Positions 53,564 through 59,576 of a stretch of 59,576 nucleotides of DNA are shown here, piece after piece. The notes under the pieces are model-generated. The model had not been told where the DNA came from, searched no databases, and saw nothing but the letters and a program-made list of their open reading frames with translations. Source of the DNA: a virus; the IMG/VR virus record IMGVR_UViG_3300045988_178550, positions 1-59,576 of that record. The stretch is one strand, 5' to 3'. Each line of letters begins with the position of its first letter. Position 1 is the first letter of the stretch. Made by a program: the position numbers and the translations under genes.

Positions 53564-54300
53564 AATTTTATACCGGTCCTAAATTGTGATTCAACTGCAC
53601 TAATTGCTTGTCTCTCAGTCCAACCAATATGAGCACCATTTGAATCTATGATTTGATACTTCTTAGTGTCTCCCATAATATCGGTTAATCCTATTGTACC
53701 AATTGCACCAGAATAAATACCATAAGGGCTTGTCATATCATTATCTGTGTAGATTGTACCATTTATTGCAACCAATGCACCAGAATAAAAATTGTCTTTA
53801 TTATTAAAATTAAATTGTTCCCTATCAGTTGACTTAATTGTTACTGTTCCATCAGCATTTATTGTTGCCTCTTTAATGCCGTATGTTTGATACTTCTTCA
53901 AAGTCATATTATAAGTGATATCATCATCACCAGCAGTAGGAACATATTCAAATTCTTCAATTGTAACTAATGCATTAACATCAAGGTCAGAAACAACAAA
54001 TTTAACAACCTTCTTCTGATTCATCAAATCTTTAATATTATTGATGTATGTGCTTGGGTCACCTAATAAAAATGGAGTTGCAATATAACTTTTTCCCGTG
54101 TATATGCCGCTTGATTTTGGGAAAAAACATTCAAAGCTATATTCTTCCAACTTAGGATTTCTTAACACATTTACATCACCTAAACCAAGAACATTAACAA
54201 TTCTATTATTGCTGGAATTTCGTACTCTAATAGATTCGGGATTGACAGGTATCTGCAAAATCCCATATTCATTTGATTGAACAAAGAATTTGATAGCCAT
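53560..54300 (-). CDS. XkdP-like tail protein
   Basis: ILQIPVNPESIRVRNSSNNRIVNVLGLGDVNVL...SFECFFP matches the XkdP N-terminal pattern; follows the tape measure. Confidence 0.55.
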   Translation of the reverse strand: MAIKFFVQSNEYGILQIPVNPESIRVRNSSNNRIVNVLGLGDVNVLRNPKLEEYSFECFFPKSSGIYTGKSYIATPFLLGDPSTYINNIKDLMNQKKVVKFVVSDLDVNALVTIEEFEYVPTAGDDDITYNMTLKKYQTYGIKEATINADGTVTIKSTDREQFNFNNKDNFYSGALVAINGTIYTDNDMTSPYGIYSGAIGTIGLTDIMGDTKKYQIIDSNGAHIGWTERQAISAVESQFRTGIKL

Positions 54301-54311
54301 ATCAATCCCTC

Positions 54312-56153
54312 CTACGATTCAAGACTTGCATCATAAGCCTCTTCAAACATTTGAGCTATTTTCTCATCAATCACATTAACATCAGCAGTCTCTCTTACAT
54401 TTTCAATTGTTACTTTCATTTCCGGTTTTAACATTGTGTACTGCCTAATACTTTCAATTTGTGCAACATCCTTCATCAATTTAATACTTTCATCAGAAAT
54501 TTCTAATTTATTTCCAACTTTAGTATTAACAGGATTGCCAGGTGTTCCATCAGGTCCTTCAGTTCCTTTTACTCCCTTCAACGGATTGATGGCATCATTA
54601 TTGAAAACAAAGTCCTCAGTCATTTTACCAATTTCATCCATTGTTTTTGTAAAATCTTTCATGTCCATTCGATCAATTTTAAAATCTCCCTCTTGGACCA
54701 TTCCACTTGCTAAATTTGCAACATCTTTTCTCCATCCACCAATTACTTCACCATAATTAGTATCAAAAATCTTGTCCATTGCATTAGCAATTTTTTCAAG
54801 AACACCTAAAACAATATCACCAATATTTAAGAATAATTTTTGTAAATATCCCAATGGGTCTTTCCAACCATTAACAAAAAACTCAATAAATGAAGCAATT
54901 AAATTATACAAATTTGCAAAAACATTATAAGCTAATGCATATAAGAACCCTAATGCTTTACCTGCATAATTTGCCATCGTTTGAAAACTTACACCAGCTC
55001 TATTTAGCATTGTTATCAAAATAATAATAGAACCAATAACCAATAATAATGGCCAATGTGCAATAGCCCATGCCGCAGCCATACCATAAGCCGTTTTCAT
55101 TTGTGTTGCTGCAACTTTTAATAATGTTGGCAAATAAAAGTATAATAGTGTTGTTCCTACAACCATAATTACCGAGTTAATTGACTCCCAATTCTCAATA
55201 ACAAAATCAAAAAATTGAATACCATAAGCCATGCCTGCTGATAACAACGGCAATAAATTAGATGCAAACAGTGCTAATGTTTGATTCAAACTTTCCGTAA
55301 ATACTCTCTGCCTATTTGCAAATTGATCTGCGGTCCTGGTAAAGTCACCTTGTGCATTTTTTGTTACACTTAATAAGTACTTATATCTAACCATTGTTTT
55401 CTCAGCATAACTCATATCCTTCCAAACTTTTTCCATGTTTTGTGATAATGCAAATGCTTCAAGATTAGCATCTGACATGTTAATGCCTAATACTTTTAAT
55501 GGCTCAGTTTCACCAGATATACCGGCTCTAATTTTATTAAATGCTTCTTCAGATTGCAAATTATAAAATGAAGCCATATCCCCAGCTAATGCAACCATAT
55601 CTTTCGACATTCCAACAATTTCTTCTCTTGCAACACCAGTACTTGTCAACATTGCACCCATTGTACCAACATATTTTTTTGCTGATAATTCATTCAAACC
55701 ATAGGCCTTTAATGCTGTTTTACTCCATTCATTGATTTCATTTGCGCTTTCACCAAATGTGACATCAACAACATTTTGAACTTCTGCTAAATTAGATGCA
55801 AATTCAATTGATTTCTTTATGTTTTCATATGCAGAACCAATAGCTTCAGAAACAAAATTACCAGCAACTTCACTAAGAATTCCTGCAAACATGTTCATGC
55901 TGAATAATGATTTTTTCACACTATCAGAAATTTTATTTACTTTTACAGGAGTGTCATCTAATTCATTATTAAAATCAGCAAGTACATTTTCAGCCCTTAA
56001 CAAATCATTTTCAATCTTTTTGAACTTCGAATCATCAATAGAAGCATCAAGCTTCTTCATTACCGAAATTGTTCCCCTTAAAGAACGAATAATATTACCT
56101 AAAACAGGTGACATTTTGTCCTGCAATTCAATTGTTTCTTTTACAGTTGCCAA
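54312..56153 (-). CDS. tail tape measure protein
   Basis: 613 aa, helical with a central hydrophobic block; TTG start after AGGGTGA; follows the chaperone genes. Confidence 0.8.
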   Translation of the reverse strand: MATVKETIELQDKMSPVLGNIIRSLRGTISVMKKLDASIDDSKFKKIENDLLRAENVLADFNNELDDTPVKVNKISDSVKKSLFSMNMFAGILSEVAGNFVSEAIGSAYENIKKSIEFASNLAEVQNVVDVTFGESANEINEWSKTALKAYGLNELSAKKYVGTMGAMLTSTGVAREEIVGMSKDMVALAGDMASFYNLQSEEAFNKIRAGISGETEPLKVLGINMSDANLEAFALSQNMEKVWKDMSYAEKTMVRYKYLLSVTKNAQGDFTRTADQFANRQRVFTESLNQTLALFASNLLPLLSAGMAYGIQFFDFVIENWESINSVIMVVGTTLLYFYLPTLLKVAATQMKTAYGMAAAWAIAHWPLLLVIGSIIILITMLNRAGVSFQTMANYAGKALGFLYALAYNVFANLYNLIASFIEFFVNGWKDPLGYLQKLFLNIGDIVLGVLEKIANAMDKIFDTNYGEVIGGWRKDVANLASGMVQEGDFKIDRMDMKDFTKTMDEIGKMTEDFVFNNDAINPLKGVKGTEGPDGTPGNPVNTKVGNKLEISDESIKLMKDVAQIESIRQYTMLKPEMKVTIENVRETADVNVIDEKIAQMFEEAYDASLES

Positions 56154-56164
56154 ATTATATCACC

Positions 56165-56766
56165 CTACCTTCTTACTTTTCTTTTCCCTCTGTCCCTATA
56201 TTTACGAGTATTTTTCTTCTCCTCGTCAATCCTAACATCAATAAATGCTACTATTGTGGCCTTTTCTTTTTGTGGAAGGTTTACAAACTCCATAGGCCTT
56301 ATATGAAGTTTATGAAGAGCGTAGTATGCATACCACGTCTCCCCATCGCCTTCCTTTAAGAGTTTTTTACTTCTTCAACTTGTTCATTAATATCTCCATC
56401 AAAACCAGACAATTGCATAATTTGTTTTGCAAGCTCAGAAATTTCACCAGGCAATAGTTTTTTAGTAACACATTGTTCTGGCAATGTTACTCCACAAGCT
56501 TTAACAAATTCGTCCTGCCTAAAATTGGGATATGTACAACCTTTAACAATTGTCATGATACTAAATCTTGTAGAATCAAATCTAACCTTTTTACCTCTAG
56601 TATCTAAAACTACACATTGTTTTTGCATTTCAGAAAACTGACTTTGCGTGATTGCTTTAATTTTAAATTTAAAATTTTTCAAGCGGCCATTCAAAACAAC
56701 TTCTTTTTCAATATTGTCCAGTTCATTGCCAATCAAAAAATCCGTTAATGTTTGCTGCATTTCCAT
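56165..56766 (-). CDS. tail assembly chaperone, -1 frameshifted long form (about 200 aa)
   Basis: The -1 frame is open from the slippery site to TAG 56165-56167: ..KKLLKEGDGETWYAYYALHKLHIRPMEFVNLPQKEKATIVAFIDVRIDEEKKNTRKYRDRGKRKVRR. Confidence 0.6.
56356..56766 (-). CDS. tail assembly chaperone (XkdN-like), short form
   Basis: 136 aa between the tube and tape measure genes. Confidence 0.7.
   Translation of the reverse strand: MEMQQTLTDFLIGNELDNIEKEVVLNGRLKNFKFKIKAITQSQFSEMQKQCVVLDTRGKKVRFDSTRFSIMTIVKGCTYPNFRQDEFVKACGVTLPEQCVTKKLLPGEISELAKQIMQLSGFDGDINEQVEEVKNS
56362..56368 (-). promoter_or_regulatory. A AAA AAC slippery heptamer
   Basis: Minus strand GAA GAA GTA AAA AAC TCT TAA; the heptamer sits 2 codons before the zero-frame stop. 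Confidence 0.6.
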
Positions 56767-56791
56767 TTTAATTTTCTCCTTTTTATTTTAA

Positions 56792-57271
56792 TTACTGTGC
56801 AAAACTTACAGGACGACCAAATTCATCAAGAATATCAAAATCATCAAATGTAAATGCTACCTCTTCATCAAGCACTTCAGCATCAACATCAAGTTTTGCA
56901 AGGTCAGTACTATCAATGTTGACATTATACAAAACAATTGTTTGAGCACCAATAGAACTTGTTGGGTCTTCGTTTGTGATGGTCATTTGGAAATTAGTAT
57001 CAACACCAGTTTTAGCATATTTCAACGCCATCTTACGATATTCAGTGGTCATATAATAAATGGTCATTGTACCAGAGCCAGACCAACCAATTGCTTTATG
57101 CTGTGTAGCACGTTTACCAAGTGTTTTTACTTCAACTTTATTCTTTTCAAAAGTTGCCGTAATAGCTTTGGCAAAAAACATATCAGTGATTTCACCATCA
57201 ATGTTTTGGGTTGCCCTGCCTTCCTGACCACTAATAGTGTCCTTTGCAAGGAGCGTTTCAAAATCAGCCAT
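56792..57271 (-). CDS. tail tube protein (XkdM-like)
   Basis: 159 aa directly after the sheath; XkdM-like size and pattern. Confidence 0.75.
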   Translation of the reverse strand: MADFETLLAKDTISGQEGRATQNIDGEITDMFFAKAITATFEKNKVEVKTLGKRATQHKAIGWSGSGTMTIYYMTTEYRKMALKYAKTGVDTNFQMTITNEDPTSSIGAQTIVLYNVNIDSTDLAKLDVDAEVLDEEVAFTFDDFDILDEFGRPVSFAQ

Positions 57272-57289
57272 TCCTATTTCCCTCCTTTA

Positions 57290-58678
57290 TTAAGCAACTT
57301 CTGCAGAAACAGTAGTATAAGTAGAACCTTTTGCACCAACCATAACAGTCATATACAATTTTTCCATTGCATCTACCGGCTGGATATGAACATTTACAAC
57401 AACAGAATCAACATCATTACCTGGCAATACATCAATATCAGTAGAACTATCAAAATTCTGAATTGCCCTTAATCTCTGAAGTTCAGTAAAGTAATAAATC
57501 AAATCTGCTTTATAATCTTTTCTACCCTGGTCATCATTATCAACTTTACCAACATAAGATTTTTCCCATGTTAATCTTACAGAGTTAGCAATTTCATCCA
57601 AAGTTCTGATTACCCTATTTTTACTGAATTGGTAGTCCTTTTCAACAGTAAAAGTATGCAATGTATTAATATCTTTTTCAATAACAATTGCACCATCAGA
57701 ACGAACAGATAAAACTAATTTACCATTTACCAATGCAGCTTCAATTTCTTCATCAGTCAATTGGTTTACAATCTTAGTTGCATTTTCAATTTCATGATAA
57801 GTTAAGCTTTCATTGATATCTGCACCGGCAGTTAAACCAGCAATAGTTGCTACAAAAGTTTGAGCATCAATTACTTCATCATCAGTTTCGTATCCCTGGT
57901 TTACAGAAATAATAGCTTCATGGTCAGCTTGAGCATAATTGTAAACAACAGCAGTAACTTTCTTACCAACATTTGCCCTTTGATTTTTAATAAAATCACA
58001 AACAGATTGAATAACACTGGTGTCAGTTACATTCGGAAGTCCAAGCACCTGCCATTGCGGTTTTTTAATTTCATTCAGATAGGTAGCATAAGTATCATTA
58101 TTAATAGTACCATTAGTACCACTAGATAAATTCATACCAGCATTTTTCTGCAATGCACCGGTACCACTAAAGTCAACCCAATCATTATTCACTAATTCTG
58201 CAATTTCTTTGACAGTTTGCCTATCCTGTTCAATGGTGTTATAGTAAGTAACAACATCATAAAAGGGAGTGTCATCATCAGATTCTTTATTAGAATCTAA
58301 AATTGCAACACTAATATTATTACCACAAATACCAAAGTACTTAGCAGTTGCAGTTAATGAATTCAATGTCGCTGTTGCCTTAGTGCCACCTTTATCAACA
58401 CGATAAAGTAAAGCCTTATAGCAACCACGTAATGCCTCACGAACAACTTGTGCTCCTTCAGTCATTGCCGTATAACCAATTTTACTTAAACTTTTACCAT
58501 CCTGCATATCAGTACTTAAAATTTCAAATAATTCACCTTGAGGGCCCCAATCCAAAGCAACAGGCATGGTAACAATACCACGAGAACCAACACTACTCAA
58601 CGGTTTTGGAACGGCCTTAAAGTTAATATATGCACCAGGTCTGTTTTTATTCTGGGATTCCCAATTTCCACCTGCCAT
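57290..58678 (-). CDS. contractile tail sheath protein (XkdK-like)
   Basis: N-terminus MAGGNWESQNKNRPGAYINF is the classic sheath start; 462 aa. Confidence 0.9.
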   Translation of the reverse strand: MAGGNWESQNKNRPGAYINFKAVPKPLSSVGSRGIVTMPVALDWGPQGELFEILSTDMQDGKSLSKIGYTAMTEGAQVVREALRGCYKALLYRVDKGGTKATATLNSLTATAKYFGICGNNISVAILDSNKESDDDTPFYDVVTYYNTIEQDRQTVKEIAELVNNDWVDFSGTGALQKNAGMNLSSGTNGTINNDTYATYLNEIKKPQWQVLGLPNVTDTSVIQSVCDFIKNQRANVGKKVTAVVYNYAQADHEAIISVNQGYETDDEVIDAQTFVATIAGLTAGADINESLTYHEIENATKIVNQLTDEEIEAALVNGKLVLSVRSDGAIVIEKDINTLHTFTVEKDYQFSKNRVIRTLDEIANSVRLTWEKSYVGKVDNDDQGRKDYKADLIYYFTELQRLRAIQNFDSSTDIDVLPGNDVDSVVVNVHIQPVDAMEKLYMTVMVGAKGSTYTTVSAEVA

Positions 58679-58679
58679 A

Positions 58680-59141
58680 TTATCTTTCTCCTTTCAAATA
58701 ATAATTTTCCTGCAATTGTATCATCTTAGCAATTTCATCAGGACGATAAAATGTTCTGTAAGAATAATCAACATAAAATTTTAAAATATTTTCATCAATA
58801 TTAAAATTTATGTTGCTACCTCTTAATTTTGAATCATCAACATCAATTATCATCAACACACGTTTTAACTTATGAGCAAAATCCAAACAGTCTTGATACT
58901 TTGTTGTTGAATTTTCATCTGGGTAATATCTTACTTGCATCATTTGCACAACTTCATATGTTTCTGGTTTAAATGTTCTTTTTCCTGATTCTGTAATATT
59001 AACAGTCCAGACAAATATTCTTGGAGTATTAATTTCTTCATTATCTTTTTCTTTATATATATCAATATCTTTCCATTCATCAACATTATGAATCGACATT
59101 GTTATAGCACTTATAACTTTATTATAATCAACAACTGTCAT
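58680..59141 (-). CDS. tail completion / terminator-like protein
   Basis: Start at ATG 59141 (ATGA overlap with the upstream stop); position before the sheath. Confidence 0.45.
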   Translation of the reverse strand: MTVVDYNKVISAITMSIHNVDEWKDIDIYKEKDNEEINTPRIFVWTVNITESGKRTFKPETYEVVQMMQVRYYPDENSTTKYQDCLDFAHKLKRVLMIIDVDDSKLRGSNINFNIDENILKFYVDYSYRTFYRPDEIAKMIQLQENYYLKGER

Positions 59142-59566
59142 AGGCTTAACCTCTGTGTCCACTTCACAAAAGATTGTTTAAACCGTGGGGGAATCTCCCT
59201 ATTTATCTCAGCTAAACTTATCCTTGCCATGTGATATCCTTCAACATATTTTCCTTTATCGCCTTTTACCCTTTTTCCATCTTCGCCTCTACTCCATTTA
59301 TAAGCTTGATGTCCTTCTTCAACATAACTTGCATATTCAGCAGAATTTGTTAAATATATAACTAATTGGTTTCCATCCCTTTCAACATCAGAGACTTGCC
59401 AACTATTTCTTAAAAATCCTGTTCTTACTGGTGTTCTTTTTTTTGTTTTAGCTAATGCCCTTAATCCCATTTCCAACAAAAATTGATTCAAAAAATCTAA
59501 AAATTCTTGTTGCATTTTAAGAACATTTTCCACCATTTGAATTACACCATCACTAGTAAGACCCAT
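59138..59566 (-). CDS. HK97 gp10-family neck protein
   Basis: RTPVRTGFLRNSW motif of the gp10 family; start ATG 59566 lies in the terminal overlap next to gene 118..528 on the closed circle. Confidence 0.6.
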   Translation of the reverse strand: MGLTSDGVIQMVENVLKMQQEFLDFLNQFLLEMGLRALAKTKKRTPVRTGFLRNSWQVSDVERDGNQLVIYLTNSAEYASYVEEGHQAYKWSRGEDGKRVKGDKGKYVEGYHMARISLAEINREIPPRFKQSFVKWTQRLSL

Positions 59567-59576
59567 AATCAACACC
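59436..59576. repeat. terminal direct repeat, identical to 1..141
   Basis: Exact 141-bp match read directly. Confidence 0.9.

Noticed and set aside
1-59576. Lysogeny module (integrase, CI-type repressor, attP)
   Set aside because: No ORF shows tyrosine or serine recombinase motifs. The only HTH proteins are a 76-aa XRE-like protein and sigma region-4-like proteins. No lifestyle claim is made either way.

Overview
The window is a complete AT-rich dsDNA phage genome of about 59.4 kb. Bases 1-141 are identical to 59436-59576, which is an assembly overlap closing a circle. The tail is contractile and PBSX-like (XkdK/XkdM-type sheath and tube, XkdN-type chaperone with a -1 frameshift, XkdP-U-type baseplate).

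Every convincing gene lies on the minus strand, with one exception: a start-less plus-strand cassette at 43233-43623. Modules in transcription order (descending coordinates):
- neck, tail, baseplate and fibres (59566 to 45035)
- a four-copy cassette family (45033 to 43233)
- lysis (43187 to 41055)
- a small sigma region-4-like regulator
- an island of unusual proteins (40620 to 38238)
- replication, recombination and nucleotide modification (38083 to 25421)
- early genes including an AAA+/vWA pair and ThyX (25325 to 15361)
- packaging and head (14934 to 118)

No tRNA, rRNA, CRISPR array, integrase or reverse transcriptase was recognised.

Most notable observations:
1. A perfect 35-bp inverted repeat brackets a 684-bp segment. 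Inverting it would swap the variable body of a tail-distal gene, yet no recombinase is recognisable in the genome.
2. A G10 tract sits inside a Shine-Dalgarno (SD)-driven ATG leader and puts the first cassette paralog out of frame.
3. A T4-like gene set is present: a ThyA-like enzyme with Asp at the base-specificity position, a beta-glucosyltransferase-like protein, a dNMP kinase and a MazG-like NTPase. This predicts hydroxymethyl- or glycosyl-cytosine DNA.
4. A 1469-aa MuF-fused polyvalent head protein carries an R-S-ExE ADP-ribosyltransferase signature.

All functional calls come from motif recognition by eye, with no database search run. Coordinates follow the supplied ORF track, with starts adjusted where a Shine-Dalgarno sequence or ATGA overlap argues for it.
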